A stretch of DNA of 63,329 nucleotides, filler included, from Lenisia limosa (Eukaryota; Protista; Breviatea): assembly GCA_001655205.1 (NCBI GenBank). It is 17 parts of 17 records of this genome, joined end to end, with 100 filler letters (N's around TTAATTAATTAA, not from the genome) between each part and the next. Parts side by side here need not be neighbours in the genome. Positions count along the whole stretch, not along the records: positions 9,360 to 13,821 come from LPNZ01011600.1; positions 13,922 to 15,232 come from LPNZ01005467.1; positions 15,333 to 16,569 come from LPNZ01007123.1; positions 16,670 to 24,631 come from LPNZ01005525.1; 13 more parts are not named here. One strand, given 5' to 3'. Under the pieces are notes generated by a model that saw nothing but the letters and a program-made list of their open reading frames with translations, searched no databases and was not told the DNA's origin. Shown here piece after piece: positions 12,379-24,513 of the stretch (the first letter of the stretch is position 1; each line of letters opens with the position of its first letter). Made by a program: the position numbers and the translations under genes.

Positions 12379-13011
12379 TATAGTCAAAGGGACAGCTTGA
12401 GTTTTCCATACAAAATTACCGTAAACCACCCAGAAACCCTATTTCCTTTCTGTTTTTGAAAGTAATCTTAATCAAATAATGAAACCCCAATTTAACATAT
12501 TATCGGGTCAAAACCAAATTAAGTCCCTAAGCTCTCTATTTACGGTCCAAAAACGGTCAAAAACAAGCAAAAACCGTTATAAAAGGCCACATTCAAGGAA
12601 TAAATGGCAACTATCCGGGAAAGTTTACCGCTGTAGACAGTGCTATTTTTAGCATTTTTTCTTCAAAATTCACCATTACATAGCCAAAGCGAATGGGAAC
12701 CCGGAACCAATTACTCCGAGGGGTACAAATTTTTGTTTCTTAACACTAAAAGAGGGTAAGATTCAGAAAAAAATCCGTGAAAAGGCAAAAGGGGGACCCC
12801 CGGGAGACCAAATTCACGGATTTTTGACACTTGCTCAAAATTGAAAAACAAGTTAGGGAACATTAGGAGGTCCATTTTTCTATGTATCTGTCGAAGCATT
12901 TTTTCAAAAACACAAGCAATGGCCTATACAAGGTGTCAACTTCAAGCTGTCCGGGAGTTTTGATGTGTCCGGGAATTTTGAATGATGTCCGGAGCTTTGA
13001 GGACCCACATA
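12379..13011. mobile_element. ~630-bp non-autonomous TIR element, family C (copy 1)
   Basis: Reverse complement of 38065-38668 over its length; TIR core CAAAGCTCCGGACATCATTCAAAA...GGACAGCTTGA. Confidence 0.85.
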
Positions 13012-13441
13012 CATATATTATCTATTTGTTTATTATGCAAAGATAATTTTACTTTTTACTGAGCTTGAAAGGTTTTCCAAGGCTTCCGTATCTGTATACC
13101 TTGTCTTCTTAAGCTGAACGCGCAGTTTCCAGGAATAACACGAATATATATATCATATAGGTGAAGGTACATAATTGTGTCCAGTCACATTATTGTGTCC
13201 ACTTTTTCATTCTTTGAATTTTTGCTTTATTAACCCTTCGTATGGATAATTGTAGATAAATATTCATGTATTGATGTAATAGTATATTATTTTGGGCCGA
13301 GGCCTGCTTCCACGATGTCATTTTTTGACTCCTAAATTGTGATAATGAAGGAAAGTAATTACTGTTGCATATTTACTCTTGCCTCAACACACTCTTTTTC
13401 TTGACTCCTAACGTTGTGAGCTTTTGGGCTTCTAAATGTTG

Positions 13442-13820
13442 TTAGAGAAGAAGAAAGAATAGTGATTCTAAGGAACAGTTCTTCCCACTTTTTTGATCTG
13501 CAATTTCCTTCTTTTTCTCTTGCAACAAGATGTCAGCCCAGTGTTTTTCGGTCTTCGGAGCGATTGATTTGCGATCTTTGGGAGATGGCTCAAAAGCGAA
13601 GTTTGGGTCAGTGCCAATTAAAGGATTTCCTTCCCAAGGGAGACGCCCAGAATTTTGCTGGTAGAACTTGACCTCAGCTTCAGTGAGAGCATCTCTCTCA
13701 TGTGCAATACCTTCCCACGCTTTCTTTGCTTCCTCGGCAGTCGACAATTCGTCTTTAGCACACCTGATGAGCTGTATCAAAGCCGGTGTGTTCAACAGGC
13801 AAGAGTAGAGGGCCGTTCGT
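13442..13820 (-). CDS. ORF fragment, possibly a transposase C-terminus
   Basis: 117-aa uninterrupted ORF (DELSTAEEAKKAWEGIAHE) running toward a terminus-like TATAGGTGAAGGTACATAATTGTGTCCA at ~13156. Weak resemblance to the Tc1 'L...W..I' region only. Confidence 0.25.
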
Positions 13821-14002
13821 GNNNNNNNNNNNNNNNNNNNNNNNNNNNNNNNNNNNNNNNNNNNNTTAATTAATTAANNNNNNNNNNNNNNNNNNNNNNN
13901 NNNNNNNNNNNNNNNNNNNNNCTATCAGAGCCGCAGCATCGGCGCCCCGGGCTATGTGACCAAAGCGTCTGGAACTGGCTTAGCCTGGGAATACCTGCGT
14001 TA

Positions 14003-14072
14003 TTCGGTTTGTTGTTCACTTTTCGGTTTGCTGTTCACTTTTCGGTTTGTTGTTCACTTTTCGGTTTGTTGT
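14003..14072. repeat. 19-bp tandem repeat TTCGGTTTGTTGTTCACTT x~3.5
   Basis: Direct tandem units visible in the sequence. Confidence 0.85.
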
Positions 14073-14682
14073 CTGCACTATTTGCCTATGAATACCTGCA
14101 TTGTTTGGTTTGTTTCCTGGGATGATAGTACATGAGGAAACTCCCTCTCTGAGCATTTCAGGAAACTCCCTCTCTGAGCATTTTAGGATGTAGACGTGCT
14201 TTTTGAGTTTACCATTATGCAACCCGCAGCCTCCTTTGCCCAAGTGGGGGANNNNNNNNNNNNNNNNNNNNNNNNNNNNNNNNNNNNNNNNNNNNNNNNN
14301 NNNNNNNNNNNNNNNNNNNNNNNNNNNNNNNNNNNNNNNNNNNNNNNNGTTGCAAAGCAATACGAATTTTTTTGAAATAATGTTATTATAATGATTTATT
14401 TTCTAAGCGAGATGGTGTGGACCGATGTCCCTTATAAACGTTATTTGCTTCTAGATATTGGCTTCATTTTCCTCATATCCTTATTCATATGATCGGTTTC
14501 AACTCCCTTCACATTAATGTAATAAGAGTCTGAAAGTCTTAACCAGTATGATCAATACGAAAACATATTATAATGAAAAATCCATTTCAGACACTTTAAT
14601 ATCGTTCTTGAATGAAGAATTACTTGCATGGAGACCCCCTTTTCCTTACCAAGGCAAAAACATCAATCACCCCCCCCCCCAG

Positions 14683-14760
14683 TCTGAGCCGTCTCCACAC
14701 AAAGCCCTCGTGATTCTGAAGCTGAGACAAGGTGCCACCTTAAATGACCTTTTTGCTGCT
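14683..14760 (+). CDS. Isolated exon (SEPSPHKALVILKLRQGATLNDLFAA), product unknown
   Basis: 78-nt phase-0 exon with a C11-AG acceptor and a GTT-G13 donor. Confidence 0.55.
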
Positions 14761-15332
14761 GTTGGGGGGGGGGGGGCTGANNNNNNNNNNNNNNNNNNNN
14801 NNNNNNNNNNNNNNNNNNNNNNNNNNNNNNNNNNNNNNNNNNNNNNNNNNNNNNNNNNNNNNNNNNNNNNNNNNNNNNNNNNNNNNNNNNNNNNNNNNNN
14901 NNNNNTTACTCATTTCTCATTTCTCTTAAACAGCGACCGTGGTAAAGTGTTGACAATTCCCTTCGGGGAAATCGGTCAAGTCTTACTATGGTCAGTGTAT
15001 GACCATGAATGAAGGGTTTAAACAAATCTGTCGTGTACAACGCCTGCCTAGCAGTGATCGTGGTTTTTTGGAAGGGAAATCTGACTATCTTTGTCAAGAC
15101 TTCATCCATGTTCACTGAATAACACAAATACAAATTGTCTTCTGAACTCGAAGCGTCGTTCTAATAATTCCAGAAAACAGACAACACTTGCGACCCTATT
15201 GGCGGACTTGTCACTGTTGAAACCTTCGATTANNNNNNNNNNNNNNNNNNNNNNNNNNNNNNNNNNNNNNNNNNNNTTAATTAATTAANNNNNNNNNNNN
15301 NNNNNNNNNNNNNNNNNNNNNNNNNNNNNNNN

Positions 15333-16436
15333 CGCCACCCGTGCATCCCGACGACGAACTGGATTACTCTGGCCTGGCCTCAGCCGTAGCCGGCCACCTA
15401 CGGGTCCTGGAGAACGAGACCGCTTCCAAGGCGAATACGCTCTACGCAATTGGACGCGAGGTTGGGGGTAAAGATAATGTTATTATTATTTCCATTAAAT
15501 ATCCCAGTCACCTTTACATTCGTATTCTTCTTCTTCTCTACCATCACTATCATCATGAGATGAACATCACACCCCAATAACCTCCTAGGCCGCCCTAAGG
15601 AACTACGCAAATGCCAGTGACGTGGCGCATCTTCCGAAAGAGAAAATGGTCAGNNNNNNNNNNNNNNNNNNNNNNNNNNNNNNNNNNNNNNNNNNNNNNN
15701 NNNNNNNNNNNNNNNNNNNNNNNNNNNNNNNNNNNNNNNNNNNNNNNNNNNNNNNNNNNNNNNNNNNNNNNNNNNNNNNNNNNNNNNNNNNNNNNNNNNN
15801 NNNNNNNNNNNNNNNNNTATTAACGATTGTAGTTGAAGCTCAACAAAAGAATTGAGTACTAACGATTGTAGCTGAAGTTCAACGAGAGAATTGAGGAGTA
15901 CTTCAAATCGGATGAGCGCATCAGCCTGCCTCCGGATGTCGACGACATGGGTGCCTTAGTGTTGAGTAGTAAGGGGGATGTCAACGACATGGGTGCCTTT
16001 GGAGTAGTAAGGGGGATAAGTCAGCCCATTTTCATAAATATGACTTTGTGCGTACATTTATTGTGGCTTAATCCTGCGTGACATTGTGTGTTACTAGGGC
16101 TTCACTTCGGTTCGAAAAATACCAGTAAAATGTCGATAGTATTCGAGGATTTGTTGAAAATTCCGTCTTTTTCGAACCGACATTGTGTGGACCTTTAGTG
16201 TGTCTTTTTTCTGCGTAGCATTAGAGCATTGGGATGGGTGGTATTTTGAGTTCAAATTATAGTAACCCAATATCTCTTATAAAAGTGATTGTGTGGACGG
16301 CTGCAGCCAAATATTTGTGTTTATGTTCCCCAGTTAGTGTATCTTTTATATCCTATCATTTTGGCTATTCACCCTATCATTGGCTTTATTGCATCAGGTC
16401 ACGTGCTAGCGTTTGTTCACCAGTTCCCTGATGTGG
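15333..16436 (+). CDS. Multi-exon gene fragment, product unknown
   Basis: Exons HPDDELDYSGLASAVAGHLRVLENETASKANTLYAIGRE / AALRNYANASDVAHLPKEKM / LKFNERIEEYFKSDERISLPPDVDDM / GHVLAFVHQFPDVVSPRA, with GT-AG edges. Confidence 0.6.
16095..16180. mobile_element. MITE family A1 (right TIR truncated)
   Basis: TAGGGCTTCACTTCGGTTCGAAAAATAC...GTCTTTTTCGAACCGA. Confidence 0.8.
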
Positions 16437-16886
16437 TGTCACCCCGTGCCGGTGGGGGGTATAGAGAAGGAGTAGGATATGTACACCCCATACATATGTT
16501 ATATTATACATACATGTAGGTTGGAGGGGATGTTTGTAAGAGAATGAGAATGGGGTGGGGGGGGGGGGGNNNNNNNNNNNNNNNNNNNNNNNNNNNNNNN
16601 NNNNNNNNNNNNNTTAATTAATTAANNNNNNNNNNNNNNNNNNNNNNNNNNNNNNNNNNNNNNNNNNNNTGTTGGCTGACAACACACGAGGGTTGATAAC
16701 AAAACAAACAAAGCCCAGGTCAGTCATCCCATCACTCCAGTGAAAAATAAATTATCAACACGCAGGAGTTCTGTCAAAATATGCCTATACATATAATTGT
16801 GTCATATTTAAAAAGAACAACAAAAATAATCTCCCTATAAAACATATATAAAAATAAATAGAACCTCTCTCCCCCAAAAACCAACA

Positions 16887-19800
16887 TTTTGTACTGGAGG
16901 AGGAGGAGGCGGGTTTTCGACAACCGGTGGTGGTGGTGGAGGAGGGTCCTGGCAGAGTGAAGATTGTAATTAGGGCTTCCCAACGACAGCAAAAAAGACG
17001 GAATTTCTTGATATTATAATAGTCTTTTTCGGACCGTAGAAAGCCCTAGTTGTAAATATAAGATTCCTCTGTGAAATATGCTTGGAACGGGAATATGTTA
17101 ATTTGAAAACACTCACATTTTGTACAGGAGGTGGAAGGGGATCACTAGGGGTAGCCATGGGTGGTGGAGGTGGGTCATTTGGTCCTGTAAGTCATAAAAA
17201 GAGAGTGAAAGAAAAAGAAGCTTTTTTCTCTGAGCAAGGAATTGATATACTATATAGTATGCTATACTATGATACAATGATCGATATATAAATATATCGA
17301 TATGTCATCATAATAATATTATATGCTATGATATAGTATATGTATTTCTATTAAATTTGCATTTCTTTATTTTTTTGACTTTGGTTCAGTTCTGCCCATT
17401 AAAGCCCACTGAACCACCATACCAGCAAGAGGCGGCGGGGGAGGGTCATTCGGTCCTGCCTGGGGTGCTACAATAGGATAAATCTCAAAAACTAAACAAT
17501 TATCGATAACATTCAAATAAATAGAGAATTCAAAATTGTACGACATCCCCCCCCCCACGTTGATTGGGTGTGGTGGCTCCAATACTGGGTGACCTATGGG
17601 TGGTAAGAAAGGAATACACTATTTAAATGACTATGTTTGTAAATCCAAGAAAACACAACCTAGGGCTTCCCTACGGTCCAAAAAACAGTTTAAACATCTA
17701 TATTTATCGAGGATTTATCGAGAGATTCGATCTTTTTTGGGACAGTAGGGAAGCCCTACACAAACCTATTGGTAGGTGGGGTTTCACAACGAGGTGAAGG
17801 CGGCATGGTTGGTGTAAGGTCATCATCTTCCTCCAGTGTAGGGGTCAATGCTCCGCCTTCCTCCCCTGGTACAAATCAGAGAAATTTCAAATGATTATGA
17901 CATATCAGAACCAGCTATGATGAGAATGTAGCTTTTGTGCTTATCAAAGAAATTCCAACCTTCAAAGGTGATAGTGTCCAGAGACAGCCTATGTTCCATT
18001 CTTGATGACTTCCTTTTTTCGCGTTTAGGCGCTCCACCAGACTTCTCCAGTGCAATTTCCTCCTCAATTTCCTCCTGTGATGGAGTGAGTAATTGTAAAC
18101 TAAACAAAACAGTAATTACAAACTAAATCCTACGCTAATCAAAACAGTTGAATAGCAGATTGTTGGATCCAGATATCTTTACCCTCCTGACATGTTTCTT
18201 GTCGATAGCTTCAAGGTTGTCGGAAATGGTGTCGTCGATAAGAGGCCCCTCCGGTGTCTCAAACACCAGGCTTTTTGCTTTCTTGCCTTGTTGGCGAATC
18301 TGCTATGGTGAGGCCAGTGATATCTTTTCAATGTGATATTCTGCATATTCACAACTAAAACAGCCCCCCCCCCCCCNNNNNNNNNNNNNNNNNNNNNNNN
18401 NNNNNNNNNNNNNNNNNNNNNNNNNNNNNNNNNNNNNNNNNNNNNNNNNNNNNNNNNNNNNNNNNNNNNNNNNNNNNNNNNNNNNNNNNNNNNNNNNNNN
18501 NNNNAATCTTTTCACGAGATAGTCAAAATAAGCAGAGTGCTTACGTTTGTATTTTGATTGATGACGAAAACACCTTCACAATTGACACCCAGAACAACCT
18601 GAGGTATGAAACACCGTCAATTATCATGACAGTCAGCAGAATCGTCAACATTAGAAATATAACGGAGCAAAACACATTGTCCAGCAAACCATCCTGTTTT
18701 TGGGGGCGTTATCATAAGTGACATCAAAAAATTGACGGGTTGCTTTCCATAAACGGCAGTTGTGGAAGAATTTACAGTCTAAATGCAGTTAGTTGTCAAT
18801 GCAAGAACAGCTCACTACATCACCATTCCAACGTATATTGCATACATATACAAGTAATATATGAATAACATGATAACGCATTTCTGCCGACACCAGGATT
18901 CAATGGGTAATACCCACACCAAAATTGACACATTTGACCATAATAGCAACACCCCTGACCCCAAACCGTAGTATTCAAGACGTCTAGTGATACTCAGATA
19001 GAGAAGCTGATTTATGTGTTTATCCAAATTTTGACGCTGATTTTTATAGGACTCGAGAAGAAGCGCCTCCCTGATTCGATTATCAGGTTCAACAGATATC
19101 GAAAAAAAACAGAAGTATAACAGATTGACTAAAATACACTTGTAAGATGACCGACAGGTCTCAATGATACTCTGATACACTCGGAATGATCTTTCGTGTT
19201 ATCTTCATTCATCATTTCGACTCGGAAGTCAGCCATATGCATCTATAGGTGACATTTATGGTATTCATTGTTAAGTAAAATAGACATACGTTAGCTCAAT
19301 CCACTCCGTTCGTATCTGCTAACTTGGTCTATAATAAAATGGGAAAAGTATGAATAATATCCAGTGTGTACAGAAAAATATAAGCATAAGGTCCCACCAT
19401 TGAGCAGGCTTCTTAGATGCCACCAAAAGGCGAGGTACATAGGACTTCAGGTCCTCCCTATATTGTTAAAAAAAAACACATGGGAAAAGTAGCCTTAAAG
19501 TGAAAAAAAAATATTCAACAAGTCAGCGACAAGGTACAGGCGAAACAACCAAAGGCCCACGTTTCGTTATTGAGGAATCCAGCAATGTGCTTGGCGGGAT
19601 CGTAAGGCCCGTTAGCAATCTAGGGGGAGGAGTGAATTAAAACGGATTCAGTTGATGATTATGAATATGATACTTACCATCTCAAGCCAATTTCTCCACA
19701 AAAATACAGTATTAATCAGGTCTGGAATGCCCTCAGGTATCTGAGAAACGGATGATTCTATGTCTCTCTCTTAATAATACTCCAATCAAGCCAAAATATA

Positions 19801-21155
19801 TTTCTCCTAATTTGACATCACCCACTAACCATCAACTGCATGCCGGCAAGTTGAATGACCTGTTCCACTGGAACGGGGTAAATGGACTTAGTTACGCAGA
19901 ATACGGCTTGGTTACAGAGCAGTTCAATAGCCACTGGGTCCTTGACATTTCGTTCAGTCTGTAAGGGTCCATCAGGAACATGAAAATATCTGCTTATCCA
20001 CCAAATTTTCAATCCATATTAAAATGGTAAAACTTCATTTATCCACGTCAATGTGACGAAGACTACTTCAAATCAGGGCCCAGCTTACATGCCTATCAGC
20101 GACCGGGGCTAGACGGAACTGTATCTGTGGAACCTTGGAGTACTTTGGCCTGGATGGTCAGGAAAGAGTAGATAACAGGAAGAGCAAAGACAAGAGCATA
20201 GGATTTGAATTAATAGTTAAAGGATCTTGAATAAAACGACAGCATATCGAATGAAACATTCAATCCGGAAGGTGACGGTTCATTTTAACTCATCCGACAC
20301 TACATTCCATTAGGCATAGCAACACTACCCAATATATAGAAAAAAGGAGGGCATCGCAGGACAATGATGATTGAAAACGCCTTCAACTAATCAACCAACA
20401 CTCCAATCACTATCAATGATTATTCGCCACATTGTGACTTTGATTCAACAGTGGGCATGTTTTCATATTGCCAAGATTAATGGTCACTGATCTGTAAAAC
20501 CCCGGCTCACAAATGCTCTCCAAGTGATGAGTCATCATCAGAATATGTGAACTTTCTTCGAACTTTGTCCCAGTTCTTCAGGAGCAATACTGGCTGCGAT
20601 TCGGGCTCGAGAGGAATTTCTAGGGACATGAGGGGCAACAAGTATATCAACAATATTTTGCTTAATTTTACGTTTCCAAGCTTGATCATTCATAGTAATA
20701 GGGTGTATGCGGGTGTGGGTGCTTACCGAGGCCACTTCCAACTGCCCAGAGGGAGAAAACACTGTCATTCTTCAACTCAATTTTGTCAATGAGTATGGCT
20801 TGCATTCGTGAGGCGCGTACATCTTCGGAAACAAGAATAGTTTTATATCTGAAAAAAATGAATCAATTAAACTCCTTCAAATCATGTTACATACCTGCCA
20901 TCAGCAAAGTAAATGCGAACAGCCTGGTTCTGAGTCTGATCCGCTTTACTCTGAACAATTAAGAAAAATCGAATTCAATATAAGCTGATTTTAATCAACA
21001 TACCATTTTTGCTACTCGCCAGCAGAATGTTACCTTGTCCAATGACTCACAGTACTGATTACGAAGCTTGTTGAAAACACAATGGGAAGATTAAATGATT
21101 ATTCAATTTCTTATTAAAGTGTACCTTCTTTGTTTTTATACAAAACAACTCGCAT
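16887..21155 (-). CDS. FERM-domain protein with proline-rich C-terminal tail, multi-exon, 3' truncated
   Basis: F1: AVRIYFADGS/YKTILVSEDVRASRMQAILIDKIELKNDSVFSLWAVGSGL/EIPLEPESQPVLLLKNW. F2: VKDPVAIELLCNQAVFCVTKSIYPVPVEQVIQLAGMQLMV, YDPAKHIAGFL, YLSITRRLEYYG. F3: VVLGVNCEGVFVIN, LVFETPEGPLIDDTIS. Tail exons PNDPPPPPLAGM, QDPPPPPPPVVENPPPPPPVQN. Start codon uncertain. Confidence 0.8.
16971..17048. mobile_element. MITE family A, subfamily A2 (internally deleted)
   Basis: TAGGGCTTCCCAACGACAGC...GGACCGTAGAAAGCCCTA. Confidence 0.75.
17661..17758. mobile_element. MITE family A2
   Basis: TAGGGCTTCCCTACGGTCC...GGACAGTAGGGAAGCCCTA. Confidence 0.85.
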
Positions 21156-21316
21156 GATTGAAAAAAATTCGAAAATACCCTATTACCTTTACATCACATT
21201 ACACTGTAAGTGTTTTATAGTTTTTTTTTGTGGCTGACTCAAATCCTCTAAATAACTACGTTAGAGGTTATATTTCTCGTTTTTATTCGTTAAGAAATAG
21301 AAGAACTCCGGGAAAC

Positions 21317-24300
21317 ATGTCCCAACGAACTATGTCCAGTCTTTCCAACACTCACAGGCTCTCTGAAGCTCAAAGAGAACGCTTGCAGAAGAAAAAGGAG
21401 GAAGAAGATGCCAAGAACGATTTTGCATCAAGGTACAACAACGCCCTTGAGAAGAAACAGAGCCGTCCTTCAAGTTCTAGCTCAATGAGGTCCACTACTT
21501 CAAATGCAGGAACTTCAGCAAGGGCCAGGCAGCTCCAGGCGAAGATCAAAGCCCAGCAGAGAGCCCAAGGGGTCAAACCTTCAAAGACCGTTATGCCCCA
21601 GGTTGAGTCCCCCCGCCCCCAACCAGCTCGACCAATGTCTGCTTCTCGTAAACAGGCAAAACCAGCCGCTTCTTTTGCTCCGGAACCAGTATCGCCTGAG
21701 ACCCCTCAGAAGTTCCAAAACCTCGACTCGAGTATTACCATGGATGATCGTAACAAGGAGGATATGTACGTCACCCCCCGAAACGGAGCTAATGAAGAGG
21801 ATGGTTGGTTGAGGCACAGTGTTAGCTTTTATTCTTCACATTCATCAGTAAGGTCAATTTTTCAGTTAGTATTGCAAACGTTTTTCTTGTTTCCTTTTTT
21901 TTTTTTGTTTTTTTTTTGTTGTNNNNNNNNNNNNNNNNNNNNNNNNNNNNNNNNNNNNNNNNNNNNNNNNNNNNNNNGACATTTCCAGAGCTCCAAGTTA
22001 ATAACGAGTGGGAAGAGATGTACAGACTTGATGCTGAAATGGTAAGTGGGAAATTGGTTGCATTGTTGGGAAAGCTATTTGGCTTCTGCCTATGATTGGT
22101 TGATTATTTTATTTTTTAATATGAATGGCTTCGGTCAGATACAACCTTATTCCCCCTCCCCCATTGCTATAGATACTATTTACTATCAATTATACATATG
22201 TCTTTGTTCACCCCTGTAGAACCAGCTTGAGATTGAAGATGAGCGGCAAAAGGTGCTGCATTCCAGACTCGAGTATCGCCGTGAACTTGACGATCAGAGA
22301 CAGGCAATCAGAGACGCTAATGAGAAGGTGGGGTTTTGTAATCTACACTATTCATCAAGGCCTGTATCTAGGGCTTCACTTCGGTTCGAAAAAACAAGAT
22401 TGTATTGCTCGATAAATCCTCGAAAATTATCGACAGTCGATCGGTCTTTTTCAAACCGAAGTGAAGTTATACCTGTAACTAGACTATCGGTAACCAAAGA
22501 AGATGAGTACCATCATGTTTTTATCCTTTAGGCCAAGATGGATAAGAAGAGAGAACTGGAGGAGGAAAACAATCTGCTGGAGAAGTGGCGTGCTGAGAAG
22601 TCCAACGAGGAGGTTGGAGGGGGGGGGGGNNNNNNNNNNNNNNNNNNNNNNNNNNNNNNNNNNNNNNNNNNNNNNNNNNNNNNNNTTGAACTAGCATGTG
22701 TTCCATTTCTCAACCCTTCGAGTGGTGTGATTGGTTTTTAGTATTATTATAATTTGTTTGTATCTGTAGTATACATTTTCATTTGCCATGGTTTACCCCC
22801 ACCCCCAGAAAGCGCTACATGAGAAGAAGATGCGTTCAAAGGCTGAGGACTTTGAGCTGCTTCAACAAAGAAGACAACAGGCTGAGAAAGAGAAGAAACT
22901 GTGGGTGGCTTGGGTCTAACGTACATATTTATATTGAAAATTTTGTTTGCTAACTGTACTGAACACTTCTGGCACCAAGAGGGGCCTTGTATAGCTTAAT
23001 GTAATATAATGATACAGCCGTTGAACAACTCTTTTCCAAATGATCCATCTAGGAAGAAGGACGAAGAGGAGGAAGAGCTTATGCTTCTCCAGGTATGGTT
23101 TATGGAGAATAGCTAGGGGTTCCCTTTGGTCCCAAAAAAGACCGAATATCTAGATTAATCCTCAATAAATATCGATTTTTCAACGGTCTTTTCCGGACCG
23201 AGGGAAGCCCTTAGAACAGCAGGCCATAATGTGTATAAGACTCCATCCGTAACGATGTTTCTTATAATATCGAATGTGTATATGATTACATTACTTAAGG
23301 GTGTGGAAGGAGTTGATTTCTAACATTGTAGGCTGAGATTCAGGCTGAAAAGAATGCCAACATCAACAGAAGAAGCAAGAGCCGCCAGTACGAGGATGCG
23401 CCTTTTGATATCCACAACCAACTACTGAACATAATTCAGGTTTTTCTGACAGTTCGGTTGTTTGTTATAATTGCTATTTCAGTAAATCCATCTCATTTCA
23501 CTGGTTTATTTAACCTTTGAAAGGGAGATGAGGCTCGTCATTGAACAAAACACCGCAATGCAGCAGCACAAGGCGGCTTTACACAAGAAGGTGAGGAGAG
23601 AGTGGGGTCTTATTGATTCAATCAGGTTCCAAAACCCATCTTTCCACAGTTGAGAGCATAAGAATGGTTGTCAGAATGAGACTTACTGATTAGGAACTTG
23701 AGGAGGATGACAGGTTACACCACCAGTACCAGGTATGGAGTTTTGAAATGCAAGGTATTCCTAATTTTTGCGGGGTATTCTTGAAAATGCGGAAATTTGT
23801 CCTTTCTGTATCACATATTTGTTTTTTGATAGTCCTATCCTAACATATCCAAGGAGCATCTTCGTCAGCAGGAGAAGAAGAGGGAAGACATGTTGAGTAA
23901 AACCCATGCTCGTCAAATTCAGAACCAGGTGGGTGGTGGGGCATTTGAAGAAGAGGCTGGGTTGTTGTCTTGATAGGAATGTTTTACTTGACAATGAAAA
24001 TTAGTAGGTAAAACTTTTTGATACGTTGCTTTCCGTTGATTATGAAAACTGTCCTGTACTTTAAGATATTCAAAAATTAAAAAGACCCCATGGTCCATGT
24101 CCCTTTCTTTGGTAACTGATTGTAGTCCCTCTATGAGATGCACACCGGAAAGTCCCTCAAGGATAAGGAACTCGAGGACGAGGCGCGCGCGGCCAGACAC
24201 CAGGTATGGGGTAGATATTAGGATTGATGAGGAGAGCTGTGGAGGAGTATTATTGCGAACGTAATCTGGGGCTTCCGAAAAATCCTCGAAAGATATCGAT

Positions 24301-24513
24301 AATTTACCGGTATTTTCAGAACCAAAGTGAAGCCCTGCTATATCATCTCTTTTCTGAAGTTATATTCATAACCAAACCACATCCCTTTGCTTATTTGTCA
24401 AGGAGGAGTACAAGCAGAAGGCCCTCGAGGAAGAGGCCAAGCGTAAGAACGCCCGGGCACACGACCTTGAGGAGCAGAAGAAGTTCCTTGCCTTCCAGCT
24501 TCAGGAAAAGCAG
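21317..24513 (+). CDS. Long charged coiled-coil protein (trichohyalin-plectin-homology / CFAP-like), multi-exon, 3' truncated
   Basis: Disordered first exon MSQRTMSSLS..., then many phase-0 E/K/R/Q-rich helical exons (NQLEIEDERQKVLHSRLEYRRELDDQRQAIRDANEK; EEYKQKALEEEAKRKNARAHDLEEQKKFLAFQLQEKQ). The TPH assignment is from composition only. Confidence 0.7.
22369..22470. mobile_element. MITE family A1
   Basis: TAGGGCTTCACTTCGGTTCGAAAAAAC...TTCAAACCGAAGTGAAG, intronic. Confidence 0.85.
23114..23213. mobile_element. MITE family A2
   Basis: TAGGGGTTCCCTTTGGTCC...GGACCGAGGGAAGCCCTTA, intronic. Confidence 0.8.

Noticed and set aside
12033-13011. HTH ORF and family C element as one autonomous transposon
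   Set aside because: Family C has its own left terminus at 12379 and occurs elsewhere without the ORF; the N gap prevents linking them.
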